64,000 nt of DNA. Origin: Spirochaetia bacterium. GTDB taxonomy: Bacteria; Spirochaetota; Spirochaetia; CADAEX01. The DNA is taken from the NCBI GenBank assembly GCA_963662265.2, contig CAXXHA010000035.1:64001-128000 (forward strand), in the 5' to 3' direction. The notes under the pieces were generated by a model that made no database searches, was not told the DNA's origin, and was given only the letters and a program-made list of their open reading frames with translations. Positions 21,301-30,846 of the stretch are shown here, piece by piece; within the stretch, counting starts at the first letter, position 1, and every line of letters begins with the position of its first letter. Made by a program: the position numbers and the translations under genes.

Positions 21301-23896
21301 TTATTTTTCTGTCGAGGTAAATAAGGGGGAGAGCAGTTTTATATCATATCTTTCAGTACTGAATGAAAAAGATATTGATACTGTTGATCCGGATGCTGCT
21401 CTCTTCTGCTGCGGTGAGAACGGGGGGAGCTCTTCTGAAAATGAGTTAATCCTTCTTGTGAAGTGCGCATCCCCGTGTAAATGCGATTCTGTTTTTGATA
21501 AAATAACCGCTTCTATAAAACCTGCTCATGTAAATTTTTCGATAGGACTTTTTACTGAGAATAATACTTCCCATTTCAGAACATATTTATTTTCCGGAAA
21601 CAGCTGGACAGAAAAACAACAGATGAGAAATTTCAGCCCTCTTCAGTTCAGGGAACTTAAAGTCGGAAGATTTTCAGATTTCAACCTTAAGCTTCTTTAC
21701 AGGAATGAGGGTGTATTTGTAGCTGAAGCAGTATCAGAGCTGAATAATGAAGATGTCAGGCTTGTCTCGTTTGTAGATGTTTCTGAACTCCTCCCTTCAG
21801 GGACAGACAGCCATGAACAGCTCAGGCTTCTTATGTTTGAGGTGTTGTTCAGTGAAGCAGCAAATGCTGTAAGGTCACTTCTTCCCCGGTATAAGAAAAG
21901 GCTTCTGTGGAACAGGATTATAGTTCATAACAGAACACTTCTCGGAATACGTTTCAAGACACTCCAGGAATACGGTTTGAGGATGATGAGGCAGGCCGGG
22001 GATATAGGACTTGAAAAATTTACAGTACTCACAAGGCGGAAGAGGTGGAGTGAAAATTTTGCCAGGGCCGTTGAACTTGATTTTGTTCCGGTTACCGGAA
22101 ACCAGGTGACAATCAGGACAGGGCAGCCTTCGGTCAGGAAAATTGAAACTCTGGACAGTTATACTGCCTCTGTAATTAATTCAAGAAGAAAAAGAACTGT
22201 TTATCCCTATGAGATTATTTCGCTTCTCACGGGAGATGCTTCAGGCGATCTCGGGATAGGAAAGGGAAGTTTTGAAGAATTTGATATTGAATATGATCCA
22301 GCTTCAGATTATCAGAAAGCTGTATCTGTCAAAGGGCGGAAACCTGGCGAAAACAGTTCAAATATTGTATTCGGAATTATTGAAAACAGTCTCTCGGAAA
22401 CAGGAACAACAGTAAGGAGGGTGTTAATCCTCTCAGATGCTACACGCGACATGGGAAGCCTTGCCGAGGAGGAATCGAGACGAGTGGCTGCCGCAATTGA
22501 TCTTGCAGGGGAGGAAAATATTCCTGTTGAATGGGTTCCTGTCTCTTCAGGCGCCAGAATTGACATGAAAAGCGGCACTGAAAACCTGGACTGGACTGCT
22601 GTTGTACTCAGGAAGATTATCGAGTTTACACAGAAAGGGGGCGAGATCAACATAATTGTCTCATCGACAAATGTTGGGGCGCAGTCTTACTGGAATGCCG
22701 AGTCAACAATGCTTATGCATACAAGAGGGATTCTAATAATGACTGACAGCGCATCAATGCTTCTTACAGGGAAGAAGGCCCTTGATTTTTCAGGCAGTGT
22801 TTCAGGTGAAAACAATACCGACATAGGCGGTGCGGAAAAAATCATGAATCCTAACGGGCAGGCCCAGGTCCGGGCAAAGGACCTTTCTGATGCATTCAGA
22901 ATCCTGTTCCGTCATTACCGTTATACCTTTATCTCATCGGAATGGGATTCTCCGCTTCCTCTTGCAACTTCAGATCCTGAAGACAGGGATATTTCTGCCA
23001 GTCCCTACAATGATACTTCCGGACAGGGATTCACCAGGATAGGAGATATTTTTGACTCTGATAAAAATCCTGAAAGGAAAAAACCTTTTGATATGAGGCA
23101 GGTCATGGCTTCTGTTGCTGATTCTGATGCCGGGTACCTTGAAAGGTGGCAGGGTATGCATGATGCTGAAAACTCCATCGTCTGGGAAACCCAGATAGGG
23201 GGTATCCCGGTGGGTATGATCGGGATTGAGAGCAGAAATCTTACAAGGATAGGTGAAATCCCCCATGACGGTCCTGAAAGCTGGAACGGAGGCACTCTCT
23301 ACCCTCTTTCATCAAAGAAAACAGCAAGAGCCCTGAATGCTTTTTCAGGTGTGGCGCCTGTCGTTATTCTGGCAAATTTATCGGGATTTGACGGTTCTCC
23401 CGAATCACTTAAAAAGCTTCAGCTTGAGTACGGCGCAGAAATAGGAAGGGCTGTGGTAAATTTTAAAGGACCTCTGGTATTTATTGTAACTGCCCGCTAT
23501 CACGGAGGAGCATATGTAGTTTTTTCAAAAAAACTGAATCCCTCTCTCACAGTTGCTGCAATTGAAGGTTCCTATGCATCTGTCATAGGGGGCGCGCCTG
23601 CTGCCGCAGTAGTATTTCCACGTAAAGTCATGAAAGACAGCTATGCGGACAGCAGGGTAAAGGATGCTTCTGAAAAACTTGAGAAAAAACTGATCTCTGG
23701 AGCTGAATTTGCTGAGTGCTACAAAAAGGTTTATAATGAAAGGCAGAGGGAGTTGGGAAAAGAATTTGACAGGATCCATTCTGTTGAGAGGGCAAAAGAA
23801 GTAGGCTCAATAGATGACATAGTAAGACCTGAAAAGCTCCGCCCGTATATTATCGGAAGACTTAAAACAGGTATTACTGATCCGGGGCTGATGTGA
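18377..23896 (+). CDS. single-chain multidomain acyl-CoA carboxylase (BC-BCCP-central-CT)
   Basis: INRGE, GGGRGIR, EVNTRLQVEHP (BC); LEAMKME (biotin site); SSGARID, PFDMRQ, NLSGFDGS, HGGAYV (CT). Confidence 0.9.
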   Translation: MSDVKTLTLLKVDARIGIINRGEPACRFIRSVKEYNNLNNFSLKSIAFYISKEEDSLFVRNSDESFLLENDSGSLLTGAGHYLDHDLLIKALKKAECDAVWVGWGFVSEDSVFAEKIEEEGLVFLGPSSRSMQLLGDKITAKELAEKSDVPVLPWSRKPVSSLEEAEEIADKIGYPVIIKASNAGGGRGIRVVENRDQLASQYKSALDETIRITGNDILFIECFVEKGRHLEVQVIADFHGNINTLGVRDCSVQRNNQKIIEETPPPLLSEDIISEMEKASCRLMEISEYAGAGTVEYLYDLDREQFYFMEVNTRLQVEHPITEILYGFDLVKGQIDVAMGKKVVVGKEKSAGAVIEVRLNAEDPYSGFTPAPGDVLLFVPPAGPGIRVDSGIDQSSSIPSDFDSMVAKIIAYGKDRKEALARIKRAVEELRVKIKNGTTNRSFVIDLLNNEQIIKGGIHTGFVKEFIEEDSVSRSFSEEEAALLASAAEIYLRNQKNDIENFKNQITGSGTPRSVSSATGEKIDLSYKGCSYEFFVKYSGNSYYHINYLGDNLVFRYRTRGEESVIEVGNERYNMIVTDRGDTFLCDINSLSISVSYQAGGVLKSRSPAIVLSVNTETGNTVEKGDPVVVLEAMKMEMVVSAHVSGSVSSIYVSEGEQISAGQPLLSIEEKSDDEASEGGPAVHFTSVINEIGMRGRWAERELSAFFLGYDNERDPSDVWNDFINLSYDDQEMKKVLPYTVLNLLDFYIRIEKLFSSGEVKSELLSRNVTYPELLSHYFRINSEKKKSLPEEFLDDIEKVSECYALNKSDNSQSDSDFSFFNIFKSHKNRRKKDQILKLLLSDIDRIAFSENELKKLSVLLDRLINLFPSSPVCEYAVSARYNVFDRHRLDSVLEESRRKLESIIEKGSASYSVAEQDQEFVIDSGSYILPELVSLSLSENRGKREQGYRLAGLRFNRDRAVAGSRFSVEGNTDYFSVEVNKGESSFISYLSVLNEKDIDTVDPDAALFCCGENGGSSSENELILLVKCASPCKCDSVFDKITASIKPAHVNFSIGLFTENNTSHFRTYLFSGNSWTEKQQMRNFSPLQFRELKVGRFSDFNLKLLYRNEGVFVAEAVSELNNEDVRLVSFVDVSELLPSGTDSHEQLRLLMFEVLFSEAANAVRSLLPRYKKRLLWNRIIVHNRTLLGIRFKTLQEYGLRMMRQAGDIGLEKFTVLTRRKRWSENFARAVELDFVPVTGNQVTIRTGQPSVRKIETLDSYTASVINSRRKRTVYPYEIISLLTGDASGDLGIGKGSFEEFDIEYDPASDYQKAVSVKGRKPGENSSNIVFGIIENSLSETGTTVRRVLILSDATRDMGSLAEEESRRVAAAIDLAGEENIPVEWVPVSSGARIDMKSGTENLDWTAVVLRKIIEFTQKGGEINIIVSSTNVGAQSYWNAESTMLMHTRGILIMTDSASMLLTGKKALDFSGSVSGENNTDIGGAEKIMNPNGQAQVRAKDLSDAFRILFRHYRYTFISSEWDSPLPLATSDPEDRDISASPYNDTSGQGFTRIGDIFDSDKNPERKKPFDMRQVMASVADSDAGYLERWQGMHDAENSIVWETQIGGIPVGMIGIESRNLTRIGEIPHDGPESWNGGTLYPLSSKKTARALNAFSGVAPVVILANLSGFDGSPESLKKLQLEYGAEIGRAVVNFKGPLVFIVTARYHGGAYVVFSKKLNPSLTVAAIEGSYASVIGGAPAAAVVFPRKVMKDSYADSRVKDASEKLEKKLISGAEFAECYKKVYNERQRELGKEFDRIHSVERAKEVGSIDDIVRPEKLRPYIIGRLKTGITDPGLM

Positions 23897-23917
23897 AAAA
23901 CATGAAAGGAGTTGAGT

Positions 23918-24355
23918 ATGGTAAAAATCAAAGTTAGAAAACCTGAATTAAAAGTAGGCGACAACATTACTATTCAGAAAAGAGTTACATTAGAAGATAC
24001 TGCCTTGAAGTATGGTACCGGAAAACTTCATAATCTTCTTGCAACCCCCAGTCTTGTAGGACTGATGATTGAGGCTTCTGTAAAACTTATTGATTCCAAA
24101 TTGATTGAAGGTTTTATTTCTGTAGGGAAAAAAGTGTCTGTTACACACGAAAAACCAACAACAATAGGTGAGACAGTAAGTGTGAATGTCGAAATCAAAG
24201 AGATACAGAACAACAGGTATCTTCTTTCCATGAAGGCTTATGATGAATCCGGTGTAATAGGATCAGGCGAACATGTCAGGACTATAGTCAATGAAAGATG
24301 GATGATGCTGAAACTTGAAAAGCAGAAAAAGGCTATAGAGAGCCATGACTTTTAA
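23918..24355 (+). CDS. hot-dog fold thioesterase, FlK-like
   Basis: LATPSLVGLM, SVG...VTHEKPT..G, IGSGEH.R; RBS aaggag. Confidence 0.85.
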   Translation: MVKIKVRKPELKVGDNITIQKRVTLEDTALKYGTGKLHNLLATPSLVGLMIEASVKLIDSKLIEGFISVGKKVSVTHEKPTTIGETVSVNVEIKEIQNNRYLLSMKAYDESGVIGSGEHVRTIVNERWMMLKLEKQKKAIESHDF

Positions 24356-24411
24356 CATAAAAAGGTAATTTCTTTTCCGGGAATATATCCTGGATCTCAA
24401 TAAAAATACTG

Positions 24412-24440
24412 AAGGGCTGTTCAACTGAACAGCCCTTTTT
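24412..24440 (+). terminator. intrinsic terminator
   Basis: aagggctgttca-ac-tgaacagcccttttt. Confidence 0.85.
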
Positions 24441-24517
24441 CTGCAGAAAAGACAAATAACAGCAAGTTTAATTTATGTTTATTGACTGCAACTGCATCTG
24501 TAAGTGATAATCTTTAT

Positions 24518-26692
24518 ATGGGCTATGAAAAGAATGTAAAAAAAACTGATAGTTTGAATGAGAAATCGTGGGAGCTTATGGTCAGTGATCCTGAAAAAGC
24601 CTTGTTATTAGCTGATCAGGCATCAGAACTTGCACATTCTGTTGATTATAAAATGGGGATCGCAGGAAGCCTTCTGAATAAGGGGTGGTATTATATTTAT
24701 AAGTCTGAAACTCTGTCAGCTTCCGAAGCTCTCAACAAGGGGCTGAAGATTTGCGAGGATCTGAATACTGCTGATAATAAATACTGTCTTGTAAAAACTC
24801 TCAATGCGCTTGGTGTTGTCTATCAGCTGATTAACCAGTATGACACTTCTCTTGATTATTTTTCCAGATGCCTGAAAATAAGCAGCCAGACTGATAATAA
24901 TGAATATGTTATATCATCTCTGGGCAACATAGGCCTGACATTTCTTGAACTTGGGAAATATGAAGAAGCTCTGCAGCTTTTTGAGCAGGAGAACGGGCTG
25001 ATTGAAGGGACTGAGCTTCATGAGGAGAAATGCAATAACCTGCAGAGCCGCGGAATAGTATATTTAAAGCTTAAAGATTATGAAAAAGCTTTAAGCTTTC
25101 TTAACCAGTCATATGAAATTGCATCAGATATTGATTATAAAGTCGGAAAAGCTTCGGCCCTGATTCAGATGGGAAATGTTTATCTTCAGCTTTCGGAATT
25201 GCAGAAAGCTGAAAATAACTATGTTCTCGGTCTTGAGCTCTCAAGAGAGCTTGATTATAAAATTTCCGAAGTTGAATGCCTTACATCACTGGGAAAATTA
25301 AAATTCAGGCAGAATAAATACAGGGAATCAATTGATTTTCACAAACAGGCACTTTCTTTGAGTAAATCGATTAAATCAAAACTATATGAATATAAAAATT
25401 ACAGGGCAGTATCAGAAGTTCTTGAAAAAACCGGGGATCATGCAGGAGCTCTTGAGAATTTTAAAATGTTCTACAGTATAAAGAATAAATTTTCAGATGA
25501 GGAAACAGAAAAGAGGCTTAAACATATTGCTGTTCAGGGCGAACTTGATAATAAGCAGAAGGAAAATGAAATATTCAGACTTAAGAATGTTGAACTGAAA
25601 GAGGCGTATAACAACATTTCGGTAATCAGCAGGATCGGCCGTGAAATAACAAATTCACTTGATATGGAAACTATTATGCATAAAGTATCTGAAAATGTGA
25701 AAAATCTTATGCCTGCAGATTATTTCGGGATTGCTCTTTATGACAGGGACACTAAAGAGATTGATTTCAGGTATTATGTGGAGGGGCATAAGAGAATTCC
25801 TGACAAGGTGATAAGTCTTGATTCCGGGGAAAGTCTTGCCGCCCGCTGTATAAAAAACAACAGGGATATTTTTATCAATAATGCAAAGAAGGAAGTTCAG
25901 GAAATCCTGCCTGATGGGAAAGTGATGCTGTTGCTGGATGTAAAAACAATGCCTGAGTCAATAATATATATCCCGCTGAGAGTTAAAGACTGTATAATCG
26001 GCGTAATGACTGTGCAGGCTGTTTTGCCCTGTTCCTATACAGAAAAACATCTTGAGATATTGAAGACTCTGGCTTCCTATATTTCCATAGCGCTTGATAA
26101 CTCTAAAATTCACGAAGAACTCAATAAGATGAACAGGCTTCTGAAAGATGAAAAAAATGAGCTGGAAGCAGCCTATGAAAAAATATCATTGCTGGCAAAC
26201 CATGATAATCTGACAGGGCTTCCCAACAGGAAGCTTCTGTATGAGCTTCTGATTAAATGTATTCAGAAGGCTAAGAGGGCAAAGGGAAAAATAGGCTTGC
26301 TGTTTATTGATCTTGACGGGTTTAAAAGGGTAAATGATTCACTTGGCCACGAAGCCGGGGATTCTGTTTTAAGAGAAATCGGGAATGATCTTAAAGATGT
26401 TTTGAGGCTGTCTGATATTGTGGCAAGAATCGGGGGGGATGAATTTATCGTGGTTATTCCTGACCTGAATGATAATTCTGCTGCAGAAAAAATTGCTGAT
26501 AAAATAATTTCAAAGCTTTCCTCCAGGCTTTACATGTCTTTCCATGTCGGGGCAAGTATAGGGATAAGTATTTATCCTGATGATGATACAGAGATCAAGG
26601 GGCTTATTGAAAAAGCTGATATAGCAATGTATTATGTTAAAGGCAAAGAGAAAAACTCCTTTTATTATTATAATGATATAAAAATTACCTGA
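24518..26692 (+). CDS. TPR-GAF-GGDEF diguanylate cyclase
   Basis: TPR repeats, GAF, HDNLTGLPNR, DLDGFK, RLSD I-site, GGDEF. Confidence 0.9.
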   Translation: MGYEKNVKKTDSLNEKSWELMVSDPEKALLLADQASELAHSVDYKMGIAGSLLNKGWYYIYKSETLSASEALNKGLKICEDLNTADNKYCLVKTLNALGVVYQLINQYDTSLDYFSRCLKISSQTDNNEYVISSLGNIGLTFLELGKYEEALQLFEQENGLIEGTELHEEKCNNLQSRGIVYLKLKDYEKALSFLNQSYEIASDIDYKVGKASALIQMGNVYLQLSELQKAENNYVLGLELSRELDYKISEVECLTSLGKLKFRQNKYRESIDFHKQALSLSKSIKSKLYEYKNYRAVSEVLEKTGDHAGALENFKMFYSIKNKFSDEETEKRLKHIAVQGELDNKQKENEIFRLKNVELKEAYNNISVISRIGREITNSLDMETIMHKVSENVKNLMPADYFGIALYDRDTKEIDFRYYVEGHKRIPDKVISLDSGESLAARCIKNNRDIFINNAKKEVQEILPDGKVMLLLDVKTMPESIIYIPLRVKDCIIGVMTVQAVLPCSYTEKHLEILKTLASYISIALDNSKIHEELNKMNRLLKDEKNELEAAYEKISLLANHDNLTGLPNRKLLYELLIKCIQKAKRAKGKIGLLFIDLDGFKRVNDSLGHEAGDSVLREIGNDLKDVLRLSDIVARIGGDEFIVVIPDLNDNSAAEKIADKIISKLSSRLYMSFHVGASIGISIYPDDDTEIKGLIEKADIAMYYVKGKEKNSFYYYNDIKIT

Positions 26693-26730
26693 TATCCTGT
26701 AAAAAAAAATGTTATTCTGTTAAGATCTGT

Positions 26731-26782
26731 TTGTGCATGTTTGCGACACATTTATATGCTTTTTGTTGCAAATGTGCTACAA
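26731..26782. promoter_or_regulatory. two 7-4-7 palindromic activator sites
   Basis: ttgtgca-tgtt-tgcgaca (26731) and tgttgca-aatg-tgctaca (26764), 33 bp apart, upstream of a sigma54 promoter. Confidence 0.6.
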
Positions 26783-26852
26783 TTGCAAATGCTGTAAATA
26801 GCGAATATTCTTTAAATGTCTATGATACAAGGAATTATTTTTATTTCATAGA

Positions 26853-26868
26853 TGGCACAGAACATGCA
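26853..26868 (+). promoter_or_regulatory. sigma54 -24/-12 promoter
   Basis: TGGCACAGAACATGCA: GG-N10-GC. Confidence 0.8.
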
Positions 26869-26880
26869 TAGTTTTATTGT

Positions 26881-27264
26881 ATGAAAATTGCTGTTACAGT
26901 CTGGGATAAAAGAATTTCACCCGTATTTGATGTTGCCTCAAGAGTAGCTCTGTATGAAACAGCAGACGGAGCATTGCGGAGAGAGGTGGAGCTTGATTTT
27001 TCCGGCATGTCCGGATTTGAGAAAGTTATTGAACTTGCAAAAATAAATACAGGGACAATTATATGCGGAGCAGTATCACGTCCGGTAAGCTGTCTTGCTG
27101 AATCATATGGTATAAAAATATTCAGTTTTATTACCGGAGAAGAGGAAACTGTGATCCAGGCATTTGAAAAAGGGTTAATAGAAGATGACAGGCTGAAAAT
27201 GCCGGGCTGTATCAGAAAAAAAGAAAAATGCTGTAAGGAAAACAGATGCAGCAGAAAGGGGTAG
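26881..27264 (+). CDS. NifB/NifX family protein
   Basis: KIAV...RISPVFD, IICGAVS, C-terminal MPGC. Confidence 0.85.
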   Translation: MKIAVTVWDKRISPVFDVASRVALYETADGALRREVELDFSGMSGFEKVIELAKINTGTIICGAVSRPVSCLAESYGIKIFSFITGEEETVIQAFEKGLIEDDRLKMPGCIRKKEKCCKENRCSRKG

Positions 27265-27267
27265 GAA

Positions 27268-27627
27268 ATGGTTGTGGCGCTTACTGCTCAGGAAGAATCT
27301 TTTGATTCAGCAGTTGACAGCAGATTCGGAAGAGCTAAAAAGTTTATGATCTATGATATTGAGAAGGGAACATTTTCCTTTATTGATAATAACCAGAATC
27401 TGAATTCGCCTCAGGGTGCGGGAATCCAGAGTGCACAGAATGTAGTGGAGGCCGGAGCCGGAGCTGTGATAACAGGTCACTGCGGACCCAAAGCATTTCA
27501 GGTACTGGAAACAGCAGGGCTTGAAGTCTATCTCGGAGACGGAATGACTTTAAAGGAAGCTGTTGAAAAATTTAAAAATAATGAACTTGATAAAATAAAA
27601 TCTGCCGATGTGGAAGGACATTGGTAG
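27268..27627 (+). CDS. NifB/NifX family protein (orange protein Orp-like)
   Basis: VDSRFGRA, QGAGIQSAQ, ITGHCGPKAF, ADVEGHW. Confidence 0.88.
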   Translation: MVVALTAQEESFDSAVDSRFGRAKKFMIYDIEKGTFSFIDNNQNLNSPQGAGIQSAQNVVEAGAGAVITGHCGPKAFQVLETAGLEVYLGDGMTLKEAVEKFKNNELDKIKSADVEGHW

Positions 27628-27642
27628 GAGACAGGAGAAATC

Positions 27643-28545
27643 ATGGCAGATAATGTTGAAAAGAGCATAGGATGCAGCCCTGAAGGGTGCGCTTCATGCT
27701 CAAGCAGCACATGCAGTGCAAATGAAAAAAGACCTGGTGAAACAGACCAGCAGTTTGAAGACAGACAGGCAGTCGCAAGACGTCTGAAGAGGATTAAACA
27801 TAAAATTGTTGTTATGTCCGGTAAAGGGGGAGTCGGAAAGAGTACTGTTGCCGTAAATATGGCAGTATCGCTGGCTCTTCAGGGCAAGAAGGTCGGCCTG
27901 ATGGATGTTGATATTCATGGTCCCAGCGTTCCGACAATGCTTAATCTTGAGAATACAACTTTGCAGGGATCTTCTGACGGTATTCTTCCTGTCGCAGTTG
28001 GGGAACTCAAGGTAATGTCTGTAGGATTTCTCCTGAAGGATCCGGGAAATGCTGTTATCTGGAGAGGTCCCATGAAGATGGGGGCAATACAGCAGTTTAT
28101 CAAGGATGTTGACTGGGGAGATCTTGATTACCTTATCATTGATTCACCTCCGGGAACAGGGGATGAACCTTTGTCAGTCTGCCAGCTTATTGATGATCTC
28201 GACGGAGCTGTTATTGTGACAACTCCCCAGAAAGTGTCAGTAACTGATGTTGAAAAATCAATCAGCTTCTGCCGACAGCTTGATCTTCATGTTCTTGGAA
28301 TTGTTGAGAATATGAACGGTTTTGTTTGTCCGGAATGCGGAAAAGTAACACATCTGTTTAAAAACGGCGGAGGTAAAAAACTTGCAGAGGAGCATAACAT
28401 AAACTTCCTCGGTTCAATACCACTTGATCCGAATATCGGGATATCCTGTGACAATGGTACACCTTTTGTACATAAATATGCAAAGAGTGAAACTGCAAAA
28501 ATTGTTGAGAAGATTATAGATCCCATACTTGAACTGTCAGTTTAG
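27643..28545 (+). CDS. Mrp/ApbC/NBP35 Fe-S cluster carrier ATPase
   Basis: N-terminal Cys cluster, SGKGGVGKS, WRGPMK, DSPPGTGDE, ENM...CPECG. Confidence 0.92.
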   Translation: MADNVEKSIGCSPEGCASCSSSTCSANEKRPGETDQQFEDRQAVARRLKRIKHKIVVMSGKGGVGKSTVAVNMAVSLALQGKKVGLMDVDIHGPSVPTMLNLENTTLQGSSDGILPVAVGELKVMSVGFLLKDPGNAVIWRGPMKMGAIQQFIKDVDWGDLDYLIIDSPPGTGDEPLSVCQLIDDLDGAVIVTTPQKVSVTDVEKSISFCRQLDLHVLGIVENMNGFVCPECGKVTHLFKNGGGKKLAEEHNINFLGSIPLDPNIGISCDNGTPFVHKYAKSETAKIVEKIIDPILELSV

Positions 28546-28801
28546 TATTGCTGATTTATTCCGGCATTTTTACCGGATAATCTGACCCCGTTCTGTTTCT
28601 GAAAAAGGCGCGGGGTTGGAGAATTATAGTTTTTCACTTTTTTTGAGCAGATGTATTAAACTATTGTTCATAATTATGGCCAGGTTTCATCACTGCTCAT
28701 TGAAATAAAAAATACGGTTTCACCGGATTCCGGTTAAGAGCTGTAACAAACAAATAAAGATCTGATTTTATTCAGAAAAATATTTACCAGGAGTAATAAT
28801 T

Positions 28802-29140
28802 ATGAGAATAGCAGTTCCTGTGGCTGCAGGTAAACTCTGTATGCATTTTGGCCACTGTGAAAAATTTTCAGTATTTGAAATTGATGCTGAATCAAAAAAT
28901 ATTAAAAGCAGGGAAGATCTTGATCCGCCGCCTCATCAGCCGGGACTTCTTCCTGTATGGCTTGCGGAAAGGGGAGTAACAAATGTTATTGCCGGCGGAA
29001 TGGGCCAGAGAGCTCAGGCTATTTTCAGCAGCAACAATATCAATGTCACTGTAGGTGCTCAGGGAGAAAATCCTGAAGATATAATAAATGATTACCTTAG
29101 TGGAAGTCTTTCAGTTGGAAGCAATACCTGTGATCATTAG
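28802..29140 (+). CDS. NifB/NifX family protein
   Basis: CMHFGHC, PHQPG, IAGGMG, C-terminal CDH. Confidence 0.88.
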   Translation: MRIAVPVAAGKLCMHFGHCEKFSVFEIDAESKNIKSREDLDPPPHQPGLLPVWLAERGVTNVIAGGMGQRAQAIFSSNNINVTVGAQGENPEDIINDYLSGSLSVGSNTCDH

Positions 29141-29584
29141 GAAATAGTTTTATTTCAAGCTACAATTTAAAAAAGTCGATTTTTAATAATATTTCAGGAT
29201 TTTTCCGGTCAGATAACACTGGATTTTACAGGGATTGCTGTGAAGTTCAAATCTGAAAGTAAAAAAGCCGGAAAAATGTTTTTTTAGTGTTGATTTATGA
29301 ACATCTGTGCAATATCCTTTTATGGTGGTTTTTTTGATATTTAATATTGCAGGTATTTATAGTATAAGGGAATCTTTAAAACTATGTTTTTATTCTGAAT
29401 TTAACTATAAATTCTTGTATGATAATGACTTGTTATATGTTAAAACATAGTTTTTTCGTATAGACTCCCATGTGGGTAGAGATCCAGGGAAAAAACTCCC
29501 AATAGCGGGTTTTAGAAGTGCCCATAAGGAATAATTTGATAAACAACTGCACACCAGGTGCAAAACCATATTAGAGGATATAGT

Positions 29585-30043
29585 ATGCCCAGACCCAGAA
29601 AAGACAGAATGGTAGACAGGCCCCCCTTGTGGACGGCATTTAAAGTCGCCGGTAAAAGAAGCCGAAACGGTATTCCGGTTGCAATGAGTCTTGATGAGTA
29701 TGAAGCAATAAGACTTGCAGATTATGAAGGACTTGAACATGCGGAAGCAGCTCGAATCATGGATATTTCCAGGCCGACATTTACCAGGCTTATAGAAAGT
29801 GCCCGTAAAAAAACTGCTCTTCTTATTATTGAAGGCAAGGAGATCCGGATAGAGGGCGGGAGTGTTCATTTTAAAGGTAATATTTACCGTTGCCTTGACT
29901 GCGGCCGGCTGACAGATGCTGATTTTGAAAATGAAGTTATCAATTGCCCGGAATGCGGTTCCGAAAAAATAATAAATATAGCTGAAAGTTTCGGCCATGG
30001 AAGATGCTGCAGGGGGCATGGTAACAGCGGCAGGAGATTTTAA
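29585..30043 (+). CDS. DUF134 HTH protein with C-terminal zinc ribbon
   Basis: MPRP, DEYEAIRLADYEGL, MDISRPTF, CLDC...CPECGS. Confidence 0.88.
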   Translation: MPRPRKDRMVDRPPLWTAFKVAGKRSRNGIPVAMSLDEYEAIRLADYEGLEHAEAARIMDISRPTFTRLIESARKKTALLIIEGKEIRIEGGSVHFKGNIYRCLDCGRLTDADFENEVINCPECGSEKIINIAESFGHGRCCRGHGNSGRRF

Positions 30044-30044
30044 A

Positions 30045-30821
30045 ATGAAATTATCAGTTCTTGCGGATAATACCGCATCAGGAACTTTTCTTGCGGAACA
30101 CGGACTTTCATATTTTATTGAACATGATATAAAAATTCTGTTCGATACAGGACACAGCGATGTTTTCCTTAAAAATGCAGAGGCCCTGTCTATAAACCTT
30201 GATGATGCTGATTATATTGTTCTCAGTCACGGTCACTGGGATCACGGCAATGGCCTTAAGTATCTGAGGAGAAAACCCCTCATCTGTCACCCTACAGTCT
30301 TTGACAAGAAATTCAGGCTTGATGGCAGAACTCCCAATGGAATGGATCTGACTTATGATGATGCTGTAAAACAGTTTGAACTTGGAATGAGCAGCGAGCC
30401 TGTTGAGCTTTCTGAAAACATTATCTTTCTGGGTGAAATTCCCCGAACAACATCTTTTGAATCGAAAGAAACTCCTTTTGTTGATGAAAAAGGAATTCCG
30501 GATTTTATAAAGGATGATTCAGCACTTGCGGTAATTGACAACGGGGAACTGGTTGTTGTTTCCGGATGTGCGCATTCCGGGATATGCAATATTATTGAAT
30601 ATGCAAAAAAAGTAACCGGGATTGATAAAATACGAACAGTTATCGGCGGATTCCATCTCAAGGATGATGGTGAGCAGACACAGAAAACTGTAAAATATTT
30701 CAGGAAAGCAAGCATCAGGTATATATGCCCCTCCCATTGCAATGAACTTCCGGCTCTCGCAGCTCTGTATAATGAATTTAAAATCAGGCAGGTTAAGAGC
30801 GGCATGGTTCTGGATATTTAG
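30045..30821 (+). CDS. MBL-fold metallo-hydrolase (COG1237-like)
   Basis: AEHGLS, SHGHWDH, GCAHSG, GGFHL, SHC. Confidence 0.88.
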   Translation: MKLSVLADNTASGTFLAEHGLSYFIEHDIKILFDTGHSDVFLKNAEALSINLDDADYIVLSHGHWDHGNGLKYLRRKPLICHPTVFDKKFRLDGRTPNGMDLTYDDAVKQFELGMSSEPVELSENIIFLGEIPRTTSFESKETPFVDEKGIPDFIKDDSALAVIDNGELVVVSGCAHSGICNIIEYAKKVTGIDKIRTVIGGFHLKDDGEQTQKTVKYFRKASIRYICPSHCNELPALAALYNEFKIRQVKSGMVLDI

Positions 30822-30846
30822 CTTATTAAGGATTGAGGTGCTTGAA

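Noticed and set aside
26881-29140. Nitrogen fixation genes
   Set aside because: Stand-alone NifB/NifX-family domains with no nifHDK; context is Orp/Mrp
29405-30019. 204-aa minus-strand ORF
   Set aside because: Shadow of the DUF134 gene
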